64,000 nt of DNA, from the NCBI GenBank assembly GCA_045653805.1, contig JAZOMF010000079.1, positions 5,327 through 69,326 of the forward strand, given 5' to 3'. Every line of letters begins with the position of its first letter. The first letter of the stretch is position 1. The position numbers and the translations under genes are program-made. The notes under the pieces were generated by a model. It was not told where the DNA came from. It made no database searches and saw only the letters and a program-made list of their open reading frames with translations. Below, piece after piece: positions 34,614-44,800 of the stretch. The DNA is from Eubacteriales bacterium (lineage in GTDB: Bacteria; Bacillota; Clostridia; Oscillospirales; CAG-272).

Positions 34614-35477
34614 ATGTTAGAAAAGATCATTATTGCAAGCGACAGCACCTGTGATCTGGGGGCTGAGCTTATTGAAAAATACGGCGTTAAAATCCTTCCT
34701 CTTGGAGTTACTCTTGGAGAGAAGAATTACACCGACGGCGTTGATATTGACCCCGATATGATCTACGCCAATTATGAAAAGACAGGTCAGCTTCCCAAGA
34801 CCAGTGCGGTAAATCTCACCGATTTTGAGGATTTTTTTGAGGAGTATACAAATGAAGGCTATTCGATAGTTGTTTTCACTATCAGCTCGGAAATGTCGTC
34901 CACATATCATAATGCTCACTTGGCGGCAGAGGACTTCGACAACGTTTATGTTGTTGATACTCGCAATCTCTCCACCGGCGGCGGACTTTTAGTTGCCACT
35001 GCTGCTGAAATGGCGAATAATGGCAAGAGTGCATACGAGATAGCGGAGGAGTGCCAAAGACTTGTAAATAACGTTGATGCTTCCTTCGTTATCGACAGTT
35101 TGGAATTTCTTCACAAGGGTGGCAGATGCTCGGCTCTTGCGGCATTCGGCGCAAATCTTCTTCAGCTCAAGCCCTGCATTACCGTCAAAAACGGCAAGAT
35201 GAGTGTTAGCAAAAAGTATCGTGGAAGATTTGACGCAGTACTCTCTCAATATATCGATGACAGAATGAACTATCTCTCCGACATCTGCCTTGATAAGGTA
35301 TTCGTGACCCACGCAGGATGCGACAAGGAGATCATCGATGCCTGTGTGAGCCGCGTTAAATCCATCGCACCCGAAGCAGAGGTGATGATCACCCGTGCGG
35401 GCTGCACAGTTTCCTCTCACTGTGGCAGAAACACCCTAGGCGTGCTCTTTATCAGAAAAACACCCATAAGCGAATAA
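34614..35477 (+). CDS. DegV family fatty-acid-binding protein
   Basis: The N-terminus IIASDSTCDLGAELIEKYGVKILPL, the later FVIDSLEFLHKGGR motif and the length of about 287 aa fit the family. Confidence 0.85.
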   Translation: MLEKIIIASDSTCDLGAELIEKYGVKILPLGVTLGEKNYTDGVDIDPDMIYANYEKTGQLPKTSAVNLTDFEDFFEEYTNEGYSIVVFTISSEMSSTYHNAHLAAEDFDNVYVVDTRNLSTGGGLLVATAAEMANNGKSAYEIAEECQRLVNNVDASFVIDSLEFLHKGGRCSALAAFGANLLQLKPCITVKNGKMSVSKKYRGRFDAVLSQYIDDRMNYLSDICLDKVFVTHAGCDKEIIDACVSRVKSIAPEAEVMITRAGCTVSSHCGRNTLGVLFIRKTPISE

Positions 35478-35490
35478 ACGCAAAATTAAA

Positions 35491-35518
35491 GCCCTTCACG
35501 AGAGTGAAGGGCTTTTTA
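35491..35518 (+). terminator. Rho-independent terminator after degV
   Basis: GCCCTTCAC GAGA GTGAAGGGC followed by TTTTT. Confidence 0.85.
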
Positions 35519-35589
35519 TATTTTCGGTGAATTATACTATCAAGTGCAACGCCAAAATAAAAGAGAAGTCGCCATTTTTAAAAGTATAA

Positions 35590-36741
35590 TCAGATAGTCC
35601 AGGGATTAAATTCCGAGCCCTTGAGCTTGAGGATCGCCTCGGCGTAGAAGAAGTCACCGTAGATAATGGGGTGGCTCATACCGAAGTGGTACTCCTCCTT
35701 ACCGCAATCAAGGAAGGCGTCGATATTGTCTTCCCAACGGCAGAAGCTCTTGTCCATAGCCTGGAGAGTTTTGAGAGCCGCCTTGAGATAAAGCTTTTTC
35801 TCATGCTCGGGGCAGTGCTTTGCGATCTCGATAAAGCCGCAGGATGCGACAGCGCCCGCAGTAGAATCGTACTGCACAGGTTCTGCGGGAGCGCGGAAGT
35901 CAACTAAAGGCAACCAATCCTCAACAGAGAGGTTAGCGATAAAGTCGTTTGCAACTTTCTTTGCGATATTGAGATACTTTTCGTCCTTGGTGTGAGCATA
36001 AGCCAGTGCAAAGCCGTAAACAGCCCAGGATGCGCCGCGCGACCAAGTTGAGCCAACTGCATAGCCCTGACCGCGATGAGTGCCGGTCATCTCACCTGTC
36101 TCCACATCGTGGAAAACGATGTGATTTACGCTACCGTCCTGACGGATATGGTGCTCAGCAACCATATCAAGGTGAGAGAGCGCGATCTGTGCAAAACGAT
36201 CGTCACCAACCTCGCGGCTTGCCCAGAAGAGGAGAGGAAGATTCATAAGACAGTCGATAATAGTCCAACCGTCGTTATTCTCCCCCTTCCACTCGCCGTT
36301 CCATGCGCGGATGTATCCGCCGTTGAGCTTGAAACGGGAAGCGAGGGTCATGGCGCAAAGAAGATCCTTGTTTCTTGCGTCCTTTTCGCCTGTGAGAGCG
36401 TATCTAGCGCCCGTCATAATGTGCCACATGAAGCCAACGTCGTGATGGAGCAGATCCATGTCATCAAAGCAAGCGTCCATCACCTTTTCGCAATTTCTTG
36501 CAGTGATTGCAAAATCCTCATTCCTTGTAGCCTCGTACATAAGCCACATGTAAGCACCCCAGAAGCCGTTGGTCCACATATGAGGATCCTTCGATTTGTC
36601 GGTGTGATTACCATTGGCATCGGTGGTATAGGGGATCTTGTTACGGCTCTTAACTGCCGCCGCAGATGCTTTCTTTTCGATCTTTGCCCAGGTTTCGTCG
36701 ATCCAAGCCTGATTTTGAGCAATTATTTCATCATAATACAT
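35590..36741 (-). CDS. ugl: Glycoside hydrolase family 88 unsaturated glucuronyl hydrolase
   Basis: It aligns by eye with Bacillus UGL motifs: WTNGFW, HHDVGF, IIDCLMNLPLL, STWSRGASWAVYGFA and GDFFYAEAILKL. The start is set at the ATG with a GGAGG RBS (36741), not the upstream ORF-track ATG (36780). Confidence 0.9.
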   Translation of the reverse strand: MYYDEIIAQNQAWIDETWAKIEKKASAAAVKSRNKIPYTTDANGNHTDKSKDPHMWTNGFWGAYMWLMYEATRNEDFAITARNCEKVMDACFDDMDLLHHDVGFMWHIMTGARYALTGEKDARNKDLLCAMTLASRFKLNGGYIRAWNGEWKGENNDGWTIIDCLMNLPLLFWASREVGDDRFAQIALSHLDMVAEHHIRQDGSVNHIVFHDVETGEMTGTHRGQGYAVGSTWSRGASWAVYGFALAYAHTKDEKYLNIAKKVANDFIANLSVEDWLPLVDFRAPAEPVQYDSTAGAVASCGFIEIAKHCPEHEKKLYLKAALKTLQAMDKSFCRWEDNIDAFLDCGKEEYHFGMSHPIIYGDFFYAEAILKLKGSEFNPWTI

Positions 36742-36825
36742 TATTTTGTCCTCCAAAAAGGATATTTTTTGCCAAGCCAAAAATACGAGCTTGTAAGCTT
36801 AATATGGCTTTATCCTTTAAATGGT

Positions 36826-36990
36826 TATTGAAATTCGCTCTGCGAATTTCTACCTTAACGCTTCGCTTGCGAAGCATTTCACTCGCGCATAGCACGAATT
36901 TCACGTTTTGTAAAACAAAACATTTCACATTTGGGTTGGCTTTGAGCCAACCCAAATATTTCACTGTAATACTTCGACACAACCGAAATA
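36826..36990. repeat. Array of perfect or near-perfect variable hairpins punctuated by four copies of ATTTCAC
   Basis: ATTTCAC occurs at 36876, 36898, 36922 and 36958. Intervening palindromes include GAAATTCGC-TCT-GCGAATTTC, GCTTCGC-TT-GCGAAGC, GTTTTG-TAAAA-CAAAAC and ATTTGGGTTGGC-TTTGA-GCCAACCCAAAT. The array is intergenic between ugl and kduD. Confidence 0.8.
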
Positions 36991-37788
36991 TTACTTAGGC
37001 TGCTTACCGATATAAGCGAGAATACCGCCGTCAACGTAAAGGATGTGGCCATTTACGAAGTCAGAAGCTTCGGACGCAAGGAATACTGCAGGGCCTGCGA
37101 GGTCCTCGGGATTACCCCAACGAGCCGCGGGAGTCTTTGCGATGATGAAGCTGCCAAAGGGATGACGGCTACCGTCGGGCTGAGTCTCGCGGAGAGGAGC
37201 AGTCTGGGGAGTAGCGATATAACCGGGGCCGATACCGTTACACTGAATGTTGAATTCGCCGTACTCGGAAGCGATATTCTTGGTAAGCATCTTAAGACCG
37301 CCCTTAGCAGCCGCATAAGCGGAAACGGTCTCGCGACCAAGCTCACTCATCATAGAGCAGATGTTAATGATCTTACCGTGACCCTTCTTGATCATAGAGG
37401 GGATAACTGCCTTAGCGCAGATAAAGGGGGCGTTGAGGTCAACGTCGATAACCTGACGGAACTCTGCTGCGCTCATCTCGCACATAGGAATGCGCTTGAT
37501 AATGCCTGCATTGTTAACGAGAATGTCGATAACACCAACGGTAGCTTCGATGTCTGCAACCATTGCATTAACTGCGTCCTCATCGGTAACGTCACAAACA
37601 TAGCCCTTAGCGTCGATGCCTGCCTCGGCATAAGCAGCAACACCCTTGTCAACGAATTCCAGCTTAATGTCGTTGAAAACTATCTTAGCGCCTGCGCCTG
37701 CGAGTGCCTGAGCGATTGCAAAGCCGATACCGTAGGATGCGCCGGTTACGAGAGCGATCTTGCCCTCAAGAGAAAACTTGTTGTTCAT
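36991..37788 (-). CDS. kduD: SDR-family 2-dehydro-3-deoxy-D-gluconate 5-dehydrogenase / gluconate 5-dehydrogenase
   Basis: It has TGASYGIG, NNAG, S...YAAAKGG (catalytic YxxxK) and ASDFVNGHILYVDGG. It is adjacent to kduI. The start is set at MNNKFSLEGK (37788), not the long ORF-track extension. Confidence 0.75.
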   Translation of the reverse strand: MNNKFSLEGKIALVTGASYGIGFAIAQALAGAGAKIVFNDIKLEFVDKGVAAYAEAGIDAKGYVCDVTDEDAVNAMVADIEATVGVIDILVNNAGIIKRIPMCEMSAAEFRQVIDVDLNAPFICAKAVIPSMIKKGHGKIINICSMMSELGRETVSAYAAAKGGLKMLTKNIASEYGEFNIQCNGIGPGYIATPQTAPLRETQPDGSRHPFGSFIIAKTPAARWGNPEDLAGPAVFLASEASDFVNGHILYVDGGILAYIGKQPK

Positions 37789-37835
37789 AATTTTGTTCCT
37801 TTCAATAATTTTATGTTGTGGTTTTTTGTTCTGAA

Positions 37836-39512
37836 TTAAAGCAGATCCTTGGTCTGGATGTGGTCCATGTCGTCGAAATCCTGGTTTTCGCCGCACATAG
37901 CCCAGATGAAGGAGTAGTTCTTTGTACCAACACCGGAGTGGATGGACCAAGAGGGAGAAATAACTGCCTCTTCGTTATGCATAACGATGTGACGGGTCTC
38001 GGTGGGCTCGCCCATCATATGGAATACAACGTCGTTCTCGCCCATATCGAAGTAGAAGTAAACCTCCATACGTCTATCATGGGTGTGGGAGGGCATAGTG
38101 TTCCAGTTAGAGCCGGGATCGAGCTGGGTAAGACCCATAGAGAGCTGGCAGGTCTTGAGAACTGCGGGATGAATGTACTGATTGATAACTCTCTTGTTGC
38201 AATCTTCAACTGAACCGAGAGGACGCTTTGCCGCCTTTTCGATGTCGATCTTAACGATGGGGTAAGTAGTGTGAGCGGGGCAGGAGCTTACGTAGAACTT
38301 TGCGGGATTTGTCTCATCGCAGCTCTTAAAGGTGATGTCCTTGCTACCCATACCAACGTAGATACCGTCTCTGGGGTTCATTTCGTATTCAACGCCGTCA
38401 ACGGTGATGATACCCTTGCCGCCAACGTTGATACAACCCATCTCACGTCTCTCAAGGAAGTATGCAGCTGCAAGCTCCTTGCCTGCCTCAAGCTTGAGGG
38501 TCTGACGAACAGGCATAAGACCTGCGGTGATGATACGGTCGATGTGGCTGTAAACCATTCTAATGTTGTCCTTTGTGAAAAGGTTTGCGATGTGGAACTC
38601 CTCGCGAAGTCTCTCTGTTGTGTAGTGCTTTACGTCTTTAGCGTTAGCTGCCTGTCTTACTTCCATTTTACTTAAATCCTCCTTAATGTACGTTCCGAAT
38701 GCTTGGAATTGGGTCAAAGCCGCAAAAGAAAGCACCTCGGTAACCTGTCTGAAATTGAATAAGCGAATAGTGCGAGTCACTTTTTTCTCGAATTCGATAG
38801 AAATACCCGTCGAATTAGCGGGATTGAGATCTGTGCCATCCATCTGGAATTCGCCGTGAATTACCTCACCGTCGGAGAACTCGATGTCGATGTTCTTCCA
38901 ATAGGAGTCGTGGGGGATACCTGTGATGGGATCGTGAGCGAAATCGGCACGGAGGAAGAAGACCAGCTTGTCTACTTCAACGTCGCGACCGAAGTCGATT
39001 GTCCACTGAATGTCTTCGCGTGCGCCGCCTGCCCAAGAGTGGAAGGGATAGCCGCCGTGTCCCTGATTGTTTATAACGCCGTCGATAGCGTTTCTTTCAA
39101 AGAAGCAAGGCTCGTCACGAGTGACGAAGTTTGCAGTAGCGTGGGGGAAGGCTTTTCTTTTACCGCGAAGGTCGTGGGGGTTGAGCGAGATCTGTCTATA
39201 AGCGTAGATCTCCTCGTCGTCGGGCTCTCGGACGGAAATTGGGTGAACGTCACCGGAAAAAGCACCGGGGGCGTATCCTGCGCGCAGAACCGAGGGCGAG
39301 GGAATGACGTAATCAAAGCTCTTATTGGGAACCCAAACTATGCTCTCGGCAAGTGTGGGATCAAGCTTTATCGCAATGAAATCGCAGTTTTGAAGTGAGA
39401 CGTGAATGTTGTAGCCTGCTTCAAGCTTACCCTCGTAAGAGTCGCTGATGTTCATACCCGAGCGCTCGAAGAGCAAAGCGCCGCTTGCATCCGTGATCTT
39501 AAGATTCAGCAT
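37836..39512 (-). CDS. kduI: KduI (5-dehydro-4-deoxy-D-glucuronate isomerase) preceded in frame by a 282-aa domain of unknown function; a single 558-codon ORF
   Basis: The C-terminal 276 aa (from the ATG at 38666) are full-length KduI (cupin, [14 protein letters not shown]). No stop codon separates the upstream 282 codons, which have their own AGGAGG RBS at 39512. An AAGGAGG RBS also precedes the internal ATG. Confidence 0.75.
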   Translation of the reverse strand: MLNLKITDASGALLFERSGMNISDSYEGKLEAGYNIHVSLQNCDFIAIKLDPTLAESIVWVPNKSFDYVIPSPSVLRAGYAPGAFSGDVHPISVREPDDEEIYAYRQISLNPHDLRGKRKAFPHATANFVTRDEPCFFERNAIDGVINNQGHGGYPFHSWAGGAREDIQWTIDFGRDVEVDKLVFFLRADFAHDPITGIPHDSYWKNIDIEFSDGEVIHGEFQMDGTDLNPANSTGISIEFEKKVTRTIRLFNFRQVTEVLSFAALTQFQAFGTYIKEDLSKMEVRQAANAKDVKHYTTERLREEFHIANLFTKDNIRMVYSHIDRIITAGLMPVRQTLKLEAGKELAAAYFLERREMGCINVGGKGIITVDGVEYEMNPRDGIYVGMGSKDITFKSCDETNPAKFYVSSCPAHTTYPIVKIDIEKAAKRPLGSVEDCNKRVINQYIHPAVLKTCQLSMGLTQLDPGSNWNTMPSHTHDRRMEVYFYFDMGENDVVFHMMGEPTETRHIVMHNEEAVISPSWSIHSGVGTKNYSFIWAMCGENQDFDDMDHIQTKDLL

Positions 39513-39619
39513 TTATGTACCTCCTGATCATAATTTTTTAGTAATGTAGTGAACATAATACTTCATTATCATTTTAACATAAATTTTTGCAAAAAAACAG
39601 GCAAATTTCAATGAAAATG

Positions 39620-39648
39620 TTGCAATTCTCACCATTGTGTGATATAAT
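39620..39648 (+). promoter_or_regulatory. Sigma-A type promoter for the AraC-family gene, within a divergent control region
   Basis: TTGCAA (39620-39625), a 17-nt spacer with an extended -10 TGTGA, then TATAAT (39643-39648). Confidence 0.55.
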
Positions 39649-39719
39649 GTATAATATAATAAACATAAAACGTAAAAAAAGCGGCAAAATTCCGCGTTTT
39701 TTGAAAGCGAGACAAAAAA

Positions 39720-40571
39720 ATGAAACACATATTTGAAAGCTGCTCCGGTGCTATCTCACATGCCTGTGAGAACGCAAGCTTTGGTGTCTACTACTCCGAG
39801 GAACGCAATCCTAACCCCAATATACATATACACGATTGCTGTGAGCTTTTTTTCTGCATCTCGGGCGGCAAAAGCTTCCTTATCGGCGGTCAGATATATG
39901 AAGTTCACGATAATGACCTTTTCGTGATAAATCAGTACGAGGCGCACAAGATAACCTACGAGCACGGCGAGGAGTTTCGTCGTTACGTATTCCAGATAAG
40001 CCCCGCATTTTTGCACGATTGCTCCACCCGCGACACTGACCTTTCCAAGTGTTTTTATCCCCATAAGCACGGATTTGACCACCGAGTCCATCTTACCGCA
40101 GAGGGGGCAGAGAAGCTGAAAAGAATGCTCACATTGTTGTCAAGTGAAACGGGATACGGTGATGACCTTATAAAGCGTGCTATTATGACCGAAATTCTCA
40201 TCGACGTCAACCGCGCCATTCTGGAGCGCGAGGGCGTAGATAGCCGCTCCTATTCCCATAAGGCGGTCAACCTTGCCATGGACTATATAAATAAGAATTT
40301 CGGTGAGCCTATAACCCTTGAGAGCGTTGCAAAGGCATCCTATCTTTCGGTAAATCAGCTTTGCCGACTTTTCTCGGAGCATTGTGGCACTACCGTGGCA
40401 AAGTATATCACTTCAAAGCGCATAACCGAGGCTAAAAAGATGCTGGCGGCGGGCAGGAGCGTCACCGAAGTGGCTATGCTCTGCGGCTTTGGCGACTATT
40501 CGGGTTTTATCCGCGTTTTTAAGAAAAACGTGGGCGTTACCCCCGGAAAATATAGGTCATCGGCAGAATAA
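39720..40571 (+). CDS. AraC family transcriptional regulator (N-terminal cupin, C-terminal HTH)
   Basis: It has a cupin-like N-terminus (HIHDCCELFFCISG) and a C-terminal AraC HTH (LESVAKASYLSVNQLCRLF ... GFGDYSGFIRVFKKNVGVTP). Confidence 0.85.
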   Translation: MKHIFESCSGAISHACENASFGVYYSEERNPNPNIHIHDCCELFFCISGGKSFLIGGQIYEVHDNDLFVINQYEAHKITYEHGEEFRRYVFQISPAFLHDCSTRDTDLSKCFYPHKHGFDHRVHLTAEGAEKLKRMLTLLSSETGYGDDLIKRAIMTEILIDVNRAILEREGVDSRSYSHKAVNLAMDYINKNFGEPITLESVAKASYLSVNQLCRLFSEHCGTTVAKYITSKRITEAKKMLAAGRSVTEVAMLCGFGDYSGFIRVFKKNVGVTPGKYRSSAE

Positions 40572-40594
40572 TTGATTATCCGAACAATCAAAAA

Positions 40595-40619
40595 ACCGCA
40601 CCATTGGGTGCGGTTTTTA
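40595..40619 (+). terminator. Rho-independent terminator after the first AraC gene
   Basis: ACCGCACC ATTG GGTGCGGT followed by TTTTT. Confidence 0.8.
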
Positions 40620-40792
40620 AATATTTTAATGAAAGGTCTGATATCCCATGCGCCGCGGTGTGAATGGTAAAACCGTAAAATCAATAAAAATTCCTGAAAT
40701 TATGAGTAAAAGTTCTTGCAATTTTACGGATAGTATGCTATGATGTATGAAAGATGATTAAAATAATTCTCGGGAGCAAAAAGAAAATTAGT

Positions 40793-41644
40793 ATGTTGAA
40801 AATAGAAGATATTCTGCAAAGCTTTTATGAAATATCGGGTATGGACATTGCCATAGTAAACAAAAAGAATAAAATTATCGCAAGGCGCTATTCCGGTGCG
40901 CTTTATTGCTCTCATATACATAGATCTCCCAAATGTATGGAAATGTGCCTTGAATCTGACCGTTGCGGTATCATAGCGGCGACAGATAAGAGGGACCTAC
41001 ACGTGTATAAATGCCCATTTGGAATTTATGAGGCACTGATGCCCATATATAAGAATGATGATATAGTTGCATACATTTTTGTGGGTATGGGGATCGAGGA
41101 TAGTGAGGAAAGCTTTAAGCAGCTTATGAATTCGGTGCTGGATGTCTCACCGAATCTTAATAAAAAGCAGCTTGAAAGCAGTATTGGTAATCTGCCAAGA
41201 TACTCCAAGGAAAAGCTCGAAGCATTTTCGATTTTACTGCCTATGATCGCCGAGTATATTGAGACAAATAACCTGCTTGTTGATAATGATATGACCATAG
41301 GTCAGCTGGTGAAATCATACGTGAAAAACAACCTTTCAAAAAAAATAACGCTTTCCGATCTTGCATGGAATCTCCATTGTAGCACCGTTACCATAACCGA
41401 GCATTTTAAGGACGAATTCGGCATAACAATAATGGAGTACGTTATGAAAAAACGCATGGAAAAGGCGGTGCGATTGCTCTCAAACAGTGAGCTTTCCATC
41501 CACGAGGTTGCCGAAGAGTGCGGGTTTGGGGATGACGAATATTTCTCCAAATGCTTTAAAAAACACTATGGCTCAGCCCCGAAGCATTGGCGCCGACAGA
41601 AGCTTGGATTGCGAAAAAAAGAACAAATTGACGTCCAAAAATGA
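40793..41644 (+). CDS. AraC family regulator with an N-terminal PocR-like sensory domain
   Basis: It has a Cys-rich PocR-type N-terminus (YCSHIHRSPKCMEMCLESDRCG ... YKCPFG) and a C-terminal AraC HTH (LSDLAWNLHCSTVTITEHF ... GFGDDEYFSKCFKKHYG). The start is uncertain (40754 or 40793). Confidence 0.75.
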   Translation: MLKIEDILQSFYEISGMDIAIVNKKNKIIARRYSGALYCSHIHRSPKCMEMCLESDRCGIIAATDKRDLHVYKCPFGIYEALMPIYKNDDIVAYIFVGMGIEDSEESFKQLMNSVLDVSPNLNKKQLESSIGNLPRYSKEKLEAFSILLPMIAEYIETNNLLVDNDMTIGQLVKSYVKNNLSKKITLSDLAWNLHCSTVTITEHFKDEFGITIMEYVMKKRMEKAVRLLSNSELSIHEVAEECGFGDDEYFSKCFKKHYGSAPKHWRRQKLGLRKKEQIDVQK

Positions 41645-41714
41645 TTATTTTGTTAACTAAATATTAGATATTGTAAATTTTATTGAATTTTTGCTTTGTA
41701 TCACGATGATTGTA

Positions 41715-41743
41715 TTGACAAATCATATTATTAATGGTAAAAT
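41715..41743 (+). promoter_or_regulatory. Sigma-A type promoter upstream of the large secreted protein gene
   Basis: TTGACA (41715-41720), a 17-nt spacer, then TAAAAT (41738-41743). Confidence 0.5.
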
Positions 41744-41806
41744 TAATCGATAATATCTGCGAGCGCTATCGACTTGCGGATAAATATTTGTAATGGATGG
41801 TGTATT

Positions 41807-44800
41807 ATGAGAAAGCGACCTACAAAATTGTTATCTTTATTGATGACTGTAGCTATGGCTCTGCCAATTTTTTGCATCGGTACTCTGCCTGCTTTAGCAG
41901 AGGAGAGAATAGTCGATGTTGACGAAGCTAATACGGCGATTGTTGAAAATGCCAACTCACTGGCAAACGGTGTTCAGGCTTATTTCAAAGATCCCAGCAG
42001 AAATTATTTCATTGTTGAAAACCAGCAAATGAAATTCGAGTATAACCTCAGAGACCTCGAAGAATCTAAGAAAATGCAGCTTGTATATCTCAAGGATAAG
42101 GCAGGCAACTCTTATATCGAGAATACCATGGATGCCTTTGTGGTTACGAAGGGCGGTGAAACGCTCTACGCTTCAAATTCTAACACCACAGCTTCTCCTA
42201 ACCTCCATAGATTTGGTTATTACTACTACGATGCCAGAATGGAGGGTCAGAACTTTATCAGTGAAGAGATTAATAACGGTAATGTTAAAAAAACGACAGC
42301 TCTGAAATTTGCTGTTAAAGAAGCAAAGGAAATTACTTACAATAATTCTTATTACGGTAAGGTTTCGGGTACGATAGACAACACTGATGACCCCTATTTG
42401 CGCTTCCAAGCGAACTCTTCGTGGAATACGTATAAAGCCGATGATTATCAGTTTATTAGAATAACCATGTCCTCCGATGCTGCTATCACAGGCGGAAGCT
42501 TTTACTTTAGCGATACCGAAACCGACTTTGACGAGGGTAGAAGAGTTAATTTCTCCATAAGTGGTAATGGTGTTAGCGGCGATCAGATGGTGTATTACGT
42601 TCCCATGTATACCAATGCAAATTATAAGGGAACAATCCTCGGTCTCCGTCTTGACTTTAACGCAATCGAAAAGGGAGCAGAGTTTAAAATCACCAATCTT
42701 GAGGTTGTTCAGGTTAAAGACACAAGTAGCTACCCCTACGGTCTCTACGTTAACCGTGACTTCCTTGTTTACTCCGATAAGATGCACAGCTTTACTCAGT
42801 TCACCGCAACTCAGGAGTTGAATAACGTTGCTAAGGTTGGTGTTGAGGTCAAGATCCCCAAGACAGACGTTTTAGGATATGTTGTTAAGGCAGACGACAC
42901 TCTTTATTATGACTCTCTCCCAGTAAGCGATTTGAGTAGCGCAGAGTACGTAGGCTTTATCATTGAGGGCGCAGGTGTGTTCGGTTATATTATGCCCGCA
43001 GATAATTCGGGTGGAAAGCTTACCGTTACCGATGACGGAGAGAATTACGTTATCTCTCAAACCCTTCCCCTTGATAACAATACTATAAGTCCTTCCGAAG
43101 CCGGAACGAAGAACGGAAACGATATTTTCATGGGTCAGCGACTCTATACCGACGATAATTTCGACCTTGCAACCTTTATAACAGAAGCAGAAAACGAGAG
43201 AAATCCCATTCCTAAGGAAAACTTCATCGTTAGCGATGATTCTAACGGTACTTATGCAGGCTACGATGCAATTCGTGGTTGCTACAAATTTAATATCAAT
43301 AGCTTCACCGGATTTGGTACTCCTTATTACTCTGCACAGAATAAGCAGTTCAAGATCAACTACACCATAATCGGTGAAGAGAATCAGGATAGAAATATCT
43401 GGGTCATGACCTACGGAACCGGCGGTTGTCTTGAATGTGCGGCAATCCTTGATGAAAATGAAATGATGATCCCCGTACCCCTCCAGGTTGGTAAAAACTT
43501 CAGTGAAGCCAACGGTGAGAGAAACAAGTTCAATTTTGACGACCCCACATACAGCGAAGTTATCTATCCTATGGATATAAAGAAGGGATCTGAAAACGAG
43601 TACACTATTCTTAATATGTACCAGAACTGGGGTCAGTTCCCCATCAAGCAGCTCTCTTGGATCCAGTTTGACGCTCCTTACTATCACATCTCCACAGGTG
43701 TAAGTGAGTCTAACTGTATAACGCCTCTTTACAATATGGGTCAGGTCGCCACAAATAGCACACTCCCCGACTTCAGAGGAATGTCATCCCCCTTGTGGAG
43801 CAAAGATCCCCAGCATAATAGCTGCGGTAATCACAGATGGTTGATCTATACCGATGAAAGCGGAAAGAAATTTGCAACCGAAAGCACCGCAAATATCATT
43901 AACTCCTACGGTCCTAACTATGCCTCGGTAGATATGCACTATATTACCGACGACGGCAAGATCAAGGCAACCTACACTCACATGGAGATGCCTCAGACCG
44001 ACGAGAACAGAACCTATTATGAAATGAAGTTTGAGGTTCTTAAGGACGTTACCTTCACCGATTTCAAGAATCAGCTTCAGTTCTATTCAGTAAGATCTAA
44101 TGACCCCACAGGTTACTATACTCGCCTCGGCTACCTTAACGACAAAAACGAAAGCACGGTAGTTGATGCAAAGATAGAGGAAAGCGGTACGGCGCAGTAC
44201 GTTCTTGGAGACAAGTGCCCTTACTTCTCCTATTTCGATATGGATAACGCTACCTCCCAGCATAACGAGCCTAAAGCAGCCGGTTACTCCAACGTAGCAT
44301 TCCTCGTTTACAACTCCGAAATCAGCATTACCGGAGTGGATGAAACTCCTAACTTTATTATCACTGACCGCGGAGGTGAGATAGCTGTCTCCCTTGACCT
44401 TGACGGAGTTACCTTGATGGCGGGCGATAAGATCACCATTAACGCTATCCTCCTTCCTTGGGGAAGCCAGGAAATGGAAGGTAGCTACGATACCATTCAG
44501 GATCAGAACGTTCGTGACGTAAGAAAGAACACTCTTCTTGATCCTATTACCGCAAAACCCACAGCAGACCCCACCGTAACTAATGCTACTATAACTACCG
44601 AAAAGGTAGCGTCCGCATTCCTCCCCAGAGTTAAGACCACTAACGGCAAGGAAGCAGTATTTACCCTTTCGGGCGGCGAAAATAACCAGACCGTAAGAGT
44701 TGACGGTTTCAAAAAGCTTACCGACCCCAAGATCTACGAGCTTGTGAACGGTGCTTGGGTTGAATACAACGTATGCTCCGCCCTTACTCCCGACGGAAAC

